Shown in pieces: positions 36,225 through 49,672 of a DNA stretch of 64,000 nt. The notes under the pieces were generated by a model. That model was not told the origin of the DNA. It did not search any database and saw nothing but the letters and a program-made list of their open reading frames with translations. The position numbers and the translations under genes were made by a program. Source of the DNA: Eledone cirrhosa (Eukaryota); the NCBI GenBank assembly GCA_964016885.1, contig OZ024744.1, forward strand, positions 34,162,001-34,226,000, written 5' to 3'. Within the stretch, counting starts at the first letter, position 1; the number at the start of each line of letters is the position of its first letter.

Positions 36225-39200
36225 TCAGTCAATGCGATCAGTCGCATATTTTGGCGTGGGAGACTATTTATTAAATTTAAGATGTATACTATCTCCGACA
36301 GTAATGCCACAACTACAGCCAGGTTGAATAACTGGTTATTCTTCTAACTATCCCTTCTGAAGACACCTTTTATTCGAATTCGTAGAGATATCCGACTAAA
36401 TACATAATTCATTTTACAAGGATTTGCTACAAACAGCATGGCTGAACACAACATCAACAAAAAAATTAAGTAAGTATCGAAGACAAATAACAAAGAAGGT
36501 AATCAAACTTTATTCAGTTGTAGCTACAGAAGAAACCGAAATTATAAATCGCATTTCTCTTGGAGTTGCGAACTTAATAATGATTTATTTAATTGTAATA
36601 AAATGGCAAAAAACAATCCCTCCATTGGCTATATGAATAGAATGAAGCTACACTGGGACGAAATGCACCCAGAGCTAAATTATTTCACAGCGAAACAATT
36701 ACGCCAACAAGCGACGTTTGTTGAACGTAAAAATAAGATAAATATTATTAATTGTAAGTCCCCCACAACAAACATGGAATCAGCAGCCAGGTCGAACAGT
36801 GCCTTGAAACAACTATGCCTGTAAGAAACTTGACACCACCTGTACCATCTAAGTCTACCTCGAATACTGGGGAAAACACTATCGATAATAATAATAAACA
36901 AAAAACTAATATTCTATCGGAAGTATCTTACTGACCTCTACCAACAAGTTCTTAAGAGAGATACACTTATACCAGAATGGTTGACATTAGCACAAACGTT
37001 ACTGGTCCCCAAGAACAAAGACACCCACTTGGCAAAAAACTACCGACCCATTGCATGCCAGAACCTGACGTATAAGATGTATACAGCCTGCCTCAACCTA
37101 TTCCTCTATGATCACTGAAAATAATAACATCATCAAAGATGAACAAGGAGCTAGAAAGAAAAGGGTTTGGGGATGTGCTGAACAATTCCTAATCAACAAA
37201 ACTGCGATGTCGGAGGTGCGACAACTTAGGAGGAATATGACTACAGTCTGGCTGGACTACAGGAAAGCTTTCGATTCTTTTCCCCACTCTTGGATGATAG
37301 AGGCCCTCCAACTTGCTAAAGTCCCAGACATTATTGTCAGAGCCATAGAGAGTCTGTCCTCTTCTTGGGCTACTATCCTAAGGTTAAAGACAGAGAGGGA
37401 GGACTCTATTTTCACTGATAAAATAAAATATTGCAGGAGTATATTTAAGGGGGACAGTCTCTCTGTGATATTGTTCATCTTGTCATTAAACGCCTTGTCT
37501 TTTCTGCTCAAGAAATGCGAGGGATACATCATTGGCTCACAGGAGGACAGAAATACGAACCTAACCCATAACTTCTTTGTGGACGATCTGAAACTCTATG
37601 CCAAGAACATGGATGGGATGAAGAAAAATCTTGACCTGGTTACAACGTTTTCAAAGGATATAGGAATGGAGTTTGGCCAAGATTAATGCTCATACATGAT
37701 TGTAAAGCGGGGAAAAACAACAACCCAATCTAGCAACATTGTCATCAATGGTCTAACTGTTTCACCGATATCTGATGAGGACTACTACAGATACCTGGGG
37801 ATAGATGAGAACATATCCTATAATGGGATCTGTAATAAGAAACGCGTAACCAGGGAATACTACACCCGATTAAGAAAGATTTGGTCATCGGAACTCTCTG
37901 CGCACAAAAAAACAGTGGCTCACAATGTGTTTGCTGTGCCTGTCCTAACACCAACGTTTGGAATACTCAATTGGACGATAGACGAAATCCGAGCAGTTGA
38001 TGTTGGAACTCGAAAAATACTAAACAACACTGGAAACTTCCACATCAGCAGTGACATAGACCGCCTTTACTTGAAACGTAAGCAGGGAGGCAGAGGCCTA
38101 ACATCAGTCCAGACAGCATTTGAATGTCGCATCATATCTCTCCGACAACATCTACGAACCTCGAAGCGTAGGAGCCCGCTTCTCGAGCAAGTCTATCTGC
38201 ATGAAACAGATAAGATTATGAGAGTTGGGAAGGAACTCCTTGAGAGATATTCCCTGTGTGATAATTAAAAACTCACACCCAGGGATGTCGCTCAGCAGTA
38301 TCGCAGTGATCCATGAATGAAAAACTTCATGCCTATCAGCAAAAAATCATGCATGGATATGTTGAAGCTCCAGAGTGAGAGTAATATAGATAAGGAAAGT
38401 AGTCTGTCTTGGGCCAACAACTGCTATATTGGCTCCCACTTTGAAGGATACGCTTTTGCAATCCAAGAACAGGAGATTAGCACGAAATACCTGATTCACA
38501 AAAGAGATAGGGATGCAGGCAAAACACCTAGATGTGATAACAAGTGCAGACTCTGCAGAACTAACATCGAGGATATCACCCATGTCATCAGCAGCTGTCC
38601 AAAGATGTCATCGCGGTACTATCTACCTATGAGGCATGATGTAGTGGCCAAAACACTGTACAATGCAGTTCGTAAAAAAGATAGCCCCGATAATAAACAC
38701 ATTAAAAGCTACAACAATGTGGAAGACATCCATGTACATAATATGAAAGAGTACTGGTGGAATGTTCCAGTAAAAACCCCAATAAAATGCAGGCATAACA
38801 GACCAGATATAATGATATGGGACAGGGAAAAGAAAACATGCACAGTAGTGGAAATTAGCTGCCCAGCAGATGCCAATATAATATCAAAGATTAGTGAAAA
38901 GGAGAATATTTATGCAGAACTGATGAGAAATCTGCAGATACTCCACCCTGTTTACACCTTCAGATTTATGCCTGTGATTATTGGGGCACTGGGGTATGTT
39001 AGTAACTGCCTCAATACAAATCTTGAGAAGCTAGGCTTCACAGGAACAGAAAGAACACAACTAGTTAGGAAACTACAAGTAAAATCCATTAATGGAACAG
39101 TAAAAATATGTAAAACATTCCAAAAACTTTGCATCTAATAACTGCATATACACATGTACAGATACAAAGCATCTACACATACACACATACAACTCAAAAC

Positions 39201-39366
39201 ATACACATCCACACATACAATAACATCCATATCTACACATGCATGCATACATACATATCTACCTAGTTGATGTTGTGTAAATTCCAATGAGAGAGTCTTG
39301 TGTCTATGTTAGAAACCGATTCTCTCTCTATTGGTAAAACTTTGTGAAATTATAAAACCAGAAGAA
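36225..39366 (+). mobile_element. R4/Dong-like RLE non-LTR retrotransposon, internally deleted, flanked by (CATA)n
   Basis: N-terminal GYMNRMKLHWDEMHPE. RT: WLDYRKAFDS, GDSLS, FVDD, YRYLG, GGRGL. CRLC..HVISSC knuckle, RHD, RPDIMIWD..VEISCP (RLE). Several stops. Confidence 0.88.
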
Positions 39367-39374
39367 CATACATA

Positions 39375-39526
39375 CATATATAATATGAAAGAGCACTGGT
39401 GTAATGTTCCAGTAAAAACCCCAATAAAATGCAGGCATAACAGACCAGATATTATGATATGGGGCAGGGAGAAGAAGGCATGCACCGTAGTGGAAGTTAG
39501 CTGCCCAGCAGATGCCAATATATCAA
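39375..39526 (+). repeat. Diverged duplicate of the RLE segment 38731-38887
   Basis: Direct sequence match. Confidence 0.85.
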
Positions 39527-39575
39527 ATAGAATTCTGCCTTGAGAAAGGCTAAGGGGTCATCTATCCCGGTGATT

Positions 39576-39767
39576 TTGGATGGCCATTGACTCTTAAGAG
39601 CTCCTTTGCCCCTTGACAGGTTGTGTTTTTAGTCTTTCAGGATGTACAAAGTCACTCTCCTCATTAAGAAACCTTGGTGGGGTTGTCAGTTTAGTCGCCA
39701 ACGACCCGACCATGGGACAGGTTGTACTGGGATACATGTTACCAGTAGCACCAACTGGTGACCTGAC
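39576..39767 (-). mobile_element. RTE 5' leader, copy C
   Basis: Homologous to 27214-27401. Confidence 0.7.
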
Positions 39768-39827
39768 ACATACATACATGCATACAATATTTAATTTTAT
39801 ATTTTAAATTTGCGCCCCACTCCGCTG

Positions 39828-40160
39828 GAGTGGTGATGTGTTAGTGTGGTATTAGTGGTATTGTGGTGTTGTGGTAATGTAGTGGTGTGGTGAGGTGGTA
39901 GTGCTGTGGTGTTGTGGACTGGTTGTATTGTGACATGGTAGAGTGGTAGAGTAGTGGAGCGATGGTGTGGTGCGGTTATTGCGAAGTGATAGAATGATGG
40001 TATAGTGGTGTAGTTGTGTAGTGGTGTGGTAGTGTAGTAGTGTGGTGAAGTGGTAGTGGTGTGGTGTTGTGGACTAGTGGTGTGGTGGTATTGTAACGTG
40101 GTACAGTGGTGGAATGGTGGAATGGTGGAGTGGTGGAGTGGTGTTGCGTTATGGTGTAAG
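39828..40160. repeat. Degenerate GTG/GTA-rich simple repeat
   Basis: Directly visible. Confidence 0.75.
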
Positions 40161-40731
40161 GCTTTGACTGTGACAAACTCACAGAGTTATCTTCAACGAA
40201 AATTTAAGCTTATAGCTTAACACCTTACTTTAAGGGATTTTAGGTAGTTCAAATATTGAAAGTACTTGGAAGTGAGAGGGAGAGAGAACTAGAGAGAGGG
40301 GCAGAGGGCGAAGCGGAGAGATAGAGAGAGAGAATGAGAGGGAAGAATGAGATGAGGAAAGTGAGAGGCAGGAGAAGAGGATCAGAATGAGAGAGATATG
40401 TGGAGAGAGGAAGAGATTATGAGAGAGAAAGAGTGAGTAAGAGTGAGAGTGAGAATATATGAAAGAGAGAAATAGAAATAACAAGTTTAGGGGTGGGGTT
40501 CTTGGAGTGCTATTGGATTTCACAGTTTTACCTGAAACATACATTTCTTTATTCTTTTCTTTCTATTTCTATTTTATTTTTTAGAAAGGATTAAAATATT
40601 TTATACCTAAATATATAAGTGTACTCCTTTTCTTTCTTTCTTTCATTCATTCATCCTTTGTGTCTTTCTTTGTTTCTTTGTTTCTTTCCTTTTTTCTTTC
40701 AGTTTATCTTATTTTCTTTCTTTCTTTCCTT

Positions 40732-40905
40732 TGGCAGTATCGGTAGAGGGTCGGACGCCATGCTTTGACGCATAGAGTTACGACCCTTGCCATTCTGAGT
40801 TCAAATCCCGCCGAGGTTAGCTTTTCCTTTCATCCTTATGCGGTCGATAAAATAAAGTACCAGTAATACACTGGATCATTGCTGGCCTTGTGCCAAAAGT
40901 AGAAT
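40732..40905 (+). mobile_element. SINE family A
   Basis: Matches 5779-5968. Confidence 0.85.
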
Positions 40906-41032
40906 TATTTATTTATTTATTTATTTATCTAAACCTAAACCTCAATTGCAAAAAGAAATGAAATGGAAAATAAAGCGATTAAAATACAAAAAAGAAAACA
41001 AAACAAAAAAAACCCTCGATTATTATTATTAT

Positions 41033-41243
41033 TGGCAGTATCGATGGAGCGTCAGACGATAAGCTTTCAGCATAGAGTTGCTGCTCTTTACGTTCTTAGT
41101 TCAATTCCACCTAGGTTAACTTTGTCTTTCATCCTTACGGAGTCGATAAAATAAAGTACCAGTAATTCACTGGAGTTGATTTAATCAACGTTCCCCTCTC
41201 CTTTGCTGGCCTTGTGCCTAAAATAGAAACAATTATTATTATT
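41033..41243 (+). mobile_element. SINE family A, more diverged
   Basis: Same head, core and tail; (ATT)n end. Confidence 0.8.
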
Positions 41244-41245
41244 AT

Positions 41246-42022
41246 CATGCCCTCCCTCAGGATTGATCTTAATTCCTATTTTAGTCAAGATAGTAGACCA
41301 CATCAAGTGGTCTTAGCTATCATCACGCTGTGTCTTTCTTTACAGTTTATATTTAATACCTTTCGTATTTTCCCAGTCGTTCTAAGAAAACAAGGTTTCT
41401 GTAACATTTCCACTGTAAGATTCAATTCTAGTATTTTTATATCAATTTATGAAAATTCTTTGTGATCGACCCTAAGGTTCCAACTATTTCTGGTATCACT
41501 TCTGCCTTTTTTATATTCCATTAGTTAGAAATGTTATACTTCAGGAGCCCGTAATTCGTGCACCTTTCTTCTTCTTTTCCATCTATGGACAAGGTGGGTC
41601 TATCAACTGACATTATTGTTATCATTATGAATTTGATATCTCAGTCATTGATGTTATTTAATCGAAAATTTTACCCTAACGAACATTAAACCGCAACCTG
41701 CAGCCTCAGAGTTTCTAAACGTATCGGAGTGTCCTTGTTGTTCCCAGTAGGCATGGCTTTTGAATTATTCCAAAAAGCGGGGTTGTGCTGGTTCTTTAAC
41801 CAGCCTTGGTTGCTCTTCGCAATAGTACCTAGTCTCAAATCCGTTTCAGTTCCAACTTTAGATCCTCGTACCAAGCAAGATCTTGTTTCCTAGTCAAAGA
41901 CCACCAGATCAGGCCTATCGTGTTCTAATTCTTTATCTGTTTGTAACCTGAAAAACCACTAAACCTTCACTCGATCGTTTTCTATCATCGATTTGGGATT
42001 ATGCTCCTACCATTCCTCATGA
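41246..42022 (-). mobile_element. R4/Dong-like 3' end (RLE), terminating at (TAA)n
   Basis: Minus strand EHNPKSMIENDRVKV..RLQTDKELEHDRPDLVVFD and LQKPCFLRTTGKIRKVL. An unidentified insert lies at ~41625-41875. Confidence 0.7.
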
Positions 42023-42054
42023 TATCTCCAAAGTCTCATGAAATCTCCAAAGTC

Positions 42055-43268
42055 TCATGAAACTGATTAAGCAGTTCCAAATGTCTGACAGGTGCCGACT
42101 AGATTTCCCGAATGCGCCAGTGCGGGCATGGACCTAACGCATTGGATCATCTAGATCGTACGTATATATAGGTATTTCATTCGGGGAGCTGATGGGGATT
42201 AGATGGGGTGTCCACAACTCCAAATGGTCAACAATTCAGACCAAAATTCGTGATCTACATGGTCGACCTTTATAAAACATGTAGACAGGGACCTGGTTAC
42301 AGGAAGCTTAACGCCTCATTCTCAGCGCATAATGCTTATAGAGACCAGGTTGGACTTTAGTTGAGCTTAAGTTGACAGAGGGTGTCGTCAACAACAGAGC
42401 CTCTACTGCACAAAAAAGAAACGTTGTGAGGCAACCCACTCTAACTAGGGTATGAAAGATGTGTGTCAGCTTATGTCGACGACGTCACCGTTGTTGTGTC
42501 CAGAATCAAACACATTGATGTGATCTGCACTGATATAAGAAAATACGAGCCAGCGGCTCGGCACATGGAGAGGCAGGTCCATACTGTCCAACGGCGTCGT
42601 CGGACGCTGGAAGGACGGACCTGTTAAATTGCTCGGGATCTGATTTGGTCCAGACCTCTAGGCGGACGAAGACTTGGACGAGGTGACGAGCAGGGTGGTA
42701 CTCTCACCTAGAAACGGTCTAAGAAGAAGCTATTCCTGAAAGGTCGAGAGGGAGTGGTGAACGAGTACATTGCGTTCGTCATTTACTACCACCTGACCGT
42801 CGTGCCTTGTCCAAAGCCTCGTCTGACTGCACTGGAGCGTTTGCCCTTTCGCTTTTTGTGGAAGACACGCGTTCCGATGGCCAGGATATCTATCTGCTGT
42901 CAATACCGTCTACGTGTAGAACTGGGCATGTGTCTGATGATGCGTAGAATTGCGCTAATGCCACAACACCTTCAGCTTTTCTTGAACGGTGAACAAGTGT
43001 AGTCGGCATTCGCTTAGCACCTTTTTCTCCAGCTTGACTCTTTGACAAAGATACAGTCCTGGATCAAGCGGAAACCTAGGAGGAGCGTTTGGGAGCTAGA
43101 ATGTCTTCAGACGCTCACAGTTCTCAGCCAATCAGGCACTACGATTGGTGGAAACTCCACCTTGACTTTATATAGAGGGTTATTGATGGGTAAAAGCCAT
43201 GACGTCTGTGGAAAACTAACCATTCTCTTCCGCAGAATTTTCGGTCCAGGGCCTAACTTACAGAAATC
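42055..43268 (+). mobile_element. Old, deleted Tx1 ORF2 fragment
   Basis: YIAFVIYYHLTVVPCP..ISICCQ; similar to 17580-18120. Confidence 0.8.
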
Positions 43269-43299
43269 GATAACCACAGACGAGGTAATTGTAGACCCT

Positions 43300-44880
43300 G
43301 TTGGTAATCATTAATGTGAGGACTCTCTACATCATTGGGAGACATATAATTGGTCTGTAGATTTAGGAATATTCGGTGCATTCATTCTTCGGTAGAAGAT
43401 ACGTTATGCCAGTTGTCATCCACTTTGGGACCTCTCTTGGGTTTGCTACAATCCCGGAGAATTCAGCAGCCAAGGCTTCATGGAGCACATCCATATGTTT
43501 CAGCCAGAAATTCTGCACGCCATCTCTGCCCGGTGATTTCCAGTGTCCAACATTGCTGTCTGCTGTTCTTTTGTTTCTTGTGAGGTGATCTCATTCCATT
43601 CCTGTGTGCAAGAAGGGATTTGCAAGCCATGTGTTCCAGCCATGTGGCATTGGAGTTATGATCTTTAGGCTTTTTCCCAGATATTTGCCCCAAAGTGTTA
43701 AACCTCATCAAGTTCAGGTGGTTCCTTATTTCAATTTTTTTCTTACCTAACTCTCTGTAAAATCTTTTGGCATCGTCGGCAAAGATTTCTTTTTGTTTAA
43801 AGTCAGCTCTTTTCTTTTCTTTTTTTTGTATCTTTTGCATCTTTTTGCATCTTCTGCGCTTTTGCCTGTATCTTTTGTTTGATTGATACAGCAATTTCTT
43901 TCTAGCCTGCTGTCCGGTTGGTCTTGTATTTCTTCCTCAGCCTAGAAAACTTTTGGGGTTGATATCAGTTCTCTTATCTATTTCAGATACGAGATGGCGA
44001 CATCTCTCCTCAAATCTGTAATTTTGTTCTCCAGCTGTGTCTGCCATTTCGGTATTCCCTTTGTGTTTATTTTCCCTGTTCGTATTTTGGGGTGCAGCTT
44101 ACCAACAATTACAGTTTCAGTGGCATATAGCAGCTGATTAATCTCATCAGGTGTCAGTTTATTTCCGTGTTCACCTCTGGTTACTTCTAGTGCTTTGTTA
44201 GCTAGGTTCACATTCTTCCTTAGCTGATCCGTCACTTTGGGCACTTTCTCAAATTTTGTCCAGTCTATCAAATCCTGCATTTTCAGAATCTCACACTCAC
44301 AAAGAATATCTTCCTTCATTGTCCAGACAACAGTATCAACCAGTGAACCCTCACCAACATGTTCAGGGAGGTTCTCATCTGTGGGAGTTTCAGTAATACT
44401 CTCACCATCTGCTGCTTCTGTTGTATGCAGGTCACCTTCTTGACTCGGGTTATGTTGCTCACTTATCTCTGTTTTGATGGTTTCCAGTTCTCATTCAGTA
44501 AACCTTTTGCATCTCATAATGTCTCTTCTCACATTAGCTAACTTCGTCATGTCCATCTATTCTCTGGAGTTAGGGTTGCAATCCCTCCAGATACTATGTT
44601 TCCTGAGTTGACGAGTTCTCCATTGGAAACAGGATGACAGTATAGTACGTAGCCATCACTGCTTTGTATTCCTCTCTGATCCATGTTTGTCGTGGCCTTT
44701 TAGCATATACCTCGTTGTTGTTACTCTGTGGCTCATTGTGAGTTCTGTCCTCGGGATGAGGGTCACTGGGGAAGGGTTGTTCCATTTGCTGATTTTTCGA
44801 CATTGTGGTTCACGCCGAGGGACGCGATCCTTGGTACTCCGCGTGACGCCCGATGCGGTATGATTTACTTTTTGTTTGTA
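43300..44880 (-). mobile_element. R4/Dong-like 5' portion, possibly the same element as 41246-42022
   Basis: RQTWIREEYKAVMATYY, INQLLYA, PKWQTQLENKITDLRRD, FADDAKRFYREL. Confidence 0.7.
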
Positions 44881-45799
44881 CCATCATGTTGTTAAGGGGT
44901 TAGTTATTTTTACACCGAAATTTGAGAAGTAGGCTAGAACCAGCCATGCAATCATTTATGAAAAAATGAAAATGTGTTTCAACACGGAGAAATGAAGGAG
45001 AGTGTTAAAAGATATGTACCACAAAAGAGTGAGACTAATATTCAAACTGAATTTAACAAGAAGAAATAAAATAATAGAAATAAATGTATAGCTTGAAAGT
45101 AATAGACTCGATGTTGATAGAAAAATGCAGGAAACTACTAAGAGCGTTCAAAAACCGATGTAAATAGAATATAGGTTTGGGGCAGGGAGGGAGGATGGAG
45201 CCTGATACATACAGAAATCTTACTACAGAATAAAAACAATGAAACGAAAGAAAACTGATGATGGCAGTGGCGGCAGCTCCCTTGTTTTTGTTGTTGGTGA
45301 TGATGATGATGATTAGAAGAAGAAGAAGAAGAAGGAGGATGAGGATGAGGGGGGGGGGGGTCCAGTATGATTATCATCATTTTCATCAGCAGCAGCAGAT
45401 TTAACATTTATTAATATAAACGATGCGCATTGCAGCGAGGGGAAAAATCTCTAAAGGGGAACAACTCTTTATTGTATATTTCGTGATTTACCGACCTTTA
45501 ACAAAATAAAAATTATTTAAGGCTTTAAGATTTCTTAAAAAGGGTTTTGCCTGGTTAAAATCTCATATTTATTTAAATGTGTGTGTGTGTGTGGGGGGAT
45601 AATTTAGGGATAATTTAATATTAAAATTTCTTCAGATATGCATGCAAGTCTATAGTATCTGAAATTTTAAAAGAAATCAACCCCCCAAATGTATATATCG
45701 AGTAACCACTTTGAAGGAAAAATTATTTGGCCAATACTTGTTCCAATATTATTGGAACTCCATCGGTTCCGAATTGCAAGTGAACCAGTTGTCTGATCT

Positions 45800-46043
45800 C
45801 TAGAACAACCTGCTCCTAGGATTAACATACAAGTGGCTGAACATTTCTCAAACACGTCTATCCTTAATCTCAGGGAGATTCAGCGTGAAACTGTGTGTAA
45901 AGCAGGTCTTTTGAATTGAAGGTACAACTCATATTTGTCAGATGAAGTGACTTGAATAACTTGAAATAACATGCTTTCCAGAATCGAACTTACGATCTAA
46001 TGGTCGTGGACTGAGTGTCTTAACCATTAGGCCATGCGCCTTT
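45800..46043 (-). mobile_element. tRNA-derived SINE, family B
   Basis: Reverse complement reads aaggcgcatggcctaatggttaagacact...taagttcgattc. Confidence 0.65.
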
Positions 46044-46344
46044 ACATTTGTTGCAATAGATATTTCTAAAAAATGTTTTCTACTTCTTAGTGCATGAAAT
46101 AATTATTTTGTGTATATTTTATTTCTATATTGGATTGATTTGAATGTAATTTGTGTGTGTGTGTGTGTGTGGGGGGGGGGATTATTAATTGTTTCACAAT
46201 TCTTTTCTAATATTTCTACCATATATTATTTCGTTACTCTGTCGACATTTTCTTCGTCCACAGGTTCAGGAGATACTGGATCGAAACCACTATAAAAAAG
46301 AACTCCTCGACTTCGGACACTGCTCTCGCTTTACACTCCTTAAG

Positions 46345-49300
46345 CAGGAACACGTGGATGTGTCTTTTTAGTTCCGCTAGGGACCCACACTTTTACAAAT
46401 GCGCTGAAACGACGGGTGCCTCTTGCAGTAGGCATTATGGTGTTAACTTGGTGCACTTTCATATGACATTTCAGTCTATTAGTTAAGGCAAATTCCTTTC
46501 AATGCTCCCTGCAAACAAAAATGCCGTATAATGTATGGTTGACATAGTCCCTGTACATATGACTTCTTTGATGACTTCTAAAGCATGCCTTACTTAGACA
46601 TAACCGGCCACGTTCTTTACCTCCATACAAAGATACTCAGGTTAATTGATCTCAAGGCCATTATGAGAAAACCGCTTGAGCTGTTCAAGATCAACACTAT
46701 TTCTTCCAAATTCTCCCCTCCCGTAGTGCACTGCTTTTCTCTACGCAACGCAATCTAGAGCAAGGTTCTCCCTGCCATTCATATTTTCATCTTTCCAGTG
46801 TACTTTTAATGCAATCCTTGTACTTCAATGTCGGTTTGTGAGCTGGTCGTTTACATTTGACTAGCTCACTAGGAACTAGTTAGGGATAATATATGAGAGA
46901 CCCAATTCTGATAGACTGGCTGCATTTAAAGACTCCAGTTCCACTGTATTTGTCGAAGACACTGTTGGTGAAAGTGCTCCAAATGTTTGCGATGCCTCCA
47001 GTAAGTCCCCCAAGTCCAATATGCATGCAGCAAAGAACACTGGCATTATACACTTTCAACTTTGCTTTATACACTTTCACCCAACGACGCCTATCAAGCT
47101 TTCCAAATGCATCACTTGCTTTTTTGATTCTGAGGAATATTTTATCACCCAGAATATTGGTTATATTTAAAGTACTGCTTAGATACAAAAACTTATCCAC
47201 GACTTTCAATGTCTGGTTATACACATATATTCTTGGCGCAGCGTAAGCTTTGCTTGGTGCACGTTGGTACATCACTACGGTCTTTTTCAGACTGATAGTT
47301 AGGCCCAATGCACTGTAAGGTATCAGAAAAGAGTCCGTCCATGAGATGTTGCATGTCACTCTCGGAGTGAGCAACAAGATCGCAACCGTCAACATAGAGG
47401 AATTAATGTATTAGTAATGTAAATAACTTGGTTCTGGCAGTAAACCTTCTGACATTGAACGTTCCCTGTTGTTCGATATCTAATGTAAACCGAATACGAG
47501 CGAACTTCAAATGTCATAAAAAATAAGACAGCAAAGTACAACGCAAACAGAGTTGGTGCTGGAATGTTCCCTTGCTTAACACCATTTTTCAACTACAATG
47601 GGATCAGAGAATTTACCAACCGCGTTGACACTTGCCTTCATTCCAGCATGGAAACTCCTCAGCACAGAGACATTTCATCAGGACTCCCGAGTTTTCTGAG
47701 AATCTTCCACTGGACAATTCTATTGACTGTATCAAAAGCCTTTGTCAGATCGACAAACTCCTGATACAAGTCCAGTCTCTGGCCAATACATTTCTTTCGC
47801 AGGTGTCTCACCAAAAAGACATGCCTGATGACCCCCTACCATTTGCCGCCATGAGTGCGAAGAGCTGAAAGAGGGGAGAAAGACAGTCTGTACATTTCCC
47901 GCAATAAACTATACAGTAAATTAGTATTGATGGGAAAAAAGGGCCGACTGAATCTCATTTGATTTATTCCTCCACCACCTCTCTTGCATGCTACGAAGCC
48001 TACGTTGCACTTTCCACACCATCTCCGTAAGCAAGACTTCCTTTCTGATCCATCAGCTAGCACTTTCATTAGCATTGTGTTGATTAACATCTGAATGTCT
48101 TCGTTATTTTCATTAAACCAGTCTTGATGTTTCCTTCCCACTAAACACAGAACATCATTGCACACTTAATGATTTGAACTCATCCTATGAAACATCACAT
48201 TGAATGTCGTCGATTCTCTTTACCAGCTCTTCCTTAATGACATCATATTTTAGACGAGCCTCATTTACTTTCTTTGGTATGGTCATACTACGAACCCTAA
48301 CCTTTGATTTCAATGTAAATATCTTTGCACAAACCAGACGAAAATCAGTCCAGCATCCCGCTCCCCGCATAACACGGAAACTACACACATCGGGAACATC
48401 ACACCTACGAACAAGAACATAATCAATTATGTGCCACTGTTTTGCACCCGGATCTCCAAGTTGTTTTGTTTTTATCGTGCTGAATCAGGGTGTTTTCTAT
48501 GCACAGATCCAGCTCCTAACACAGCGAACTATTGTTATTGCACCTTCAGACTCCATGATTTACAAGCACATCCCTGTTTTCATAATCCTTGCCAACTCTA
48601 GCATGGAAGTTAACCAGAATGACAACTTAGTAACCTAAGGAATTATGCGACCAAGTTCCTTCAGTGAGAGATAAAAAGAAAGTTCTACGTCTTCAAAGGA
48701 ACACAATGATCGGAGCGTATACACTAACTATGGTGACAAACCTCTTCTTTGATAATGGAATTCTCATTGACACAAGGTGATCAGTTAAGCCACATGAAAG
48801 ATATTCCAGCTTAGAAACTAGAGAGTTCTTAACGGCAAATACTACGCCAGCCTACCTCTTGCATCCTTCTGTTCTTGCTTTCCTAAAAAAGTTGTAATCC
48901 TCGGACTGTTCTGTGAAGTGGCCTTATTCACTGAGTCTCGTTTCAGACAAGACCATTACGTTCATATTGTATCACTGCAGATTTCTATCTATTAGTGCTG
49001 ATTTTCTTTCTGGGTGTGTTGTAGAAGACTGAGAATCTAGTAATGTGCGAATATTCCAGCACCCAATATTCAAAGGCTTAAACTTTCTTACAGAATCAGG
49101 ATGACGACCGCGCCCAGGATGAGATGCCGTAGGACACCAACCACGCCAGACTCTTTCACTATCTGATGCAGAGAACTTATAGCCCTCGGTATGAAAGGTG
49201 TGGAAGATCCTTATTGTGTGGTGGTTATGCCTTTTTTGACTACGACCAGCCATGTTATGCAACACAAAAGATGTCAAAGATCTCAAACATCAATTGTTGT

Positions 49301-49672
49301 CTGTGCTTGAAGCTTTTTTAAGTGAGGAAAGACTTTGCACGGAGCTAAATCCACTCTCTGAGAAATGAATACATTTACCTAAAACAAAGAACTGGTCTAC
49401 CTCATTGTTTCAACGAAGATTAGGAGTCTCTAACCCTTTCCACCTACAGGAAAAAAGTTTGAAAAAGATGAAAAATGTTTAAATGGTTAAAAGTTAAGAG
49501 ATGAAATAAGTAAAATGTATTTATGAAAATATATACACATTAAAATATATAAAAATATATATACATATGTACATACTTTATTTGACGGCCGTTAGTTTAC
49601 CTGAGTTCCTCCGCTCTTTGGCGGGTTTTGTTTTTTATCCCGCAAGGTGTCCAAACATCACCCTCCCCACCA
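46345..49672 (-). mobile_element. Near-full-length decayed RTE LINE
   Basis: LNIGCWNIRTLLD, RVMRGAGCWTDFRLV, KHQDWFNEN, FVDLTKAFDTV, GVKQG, KVVDKFLYL. 5' UTR with a partial structured leader at 49582-49672. Confidence 0.85.

Noticed and set aside
42024-42061. 19-bp tandem duplication atctccaaagtctcatgaa
   Set aside because: Probably a junction or repair scar between two decayed LINE fragments.
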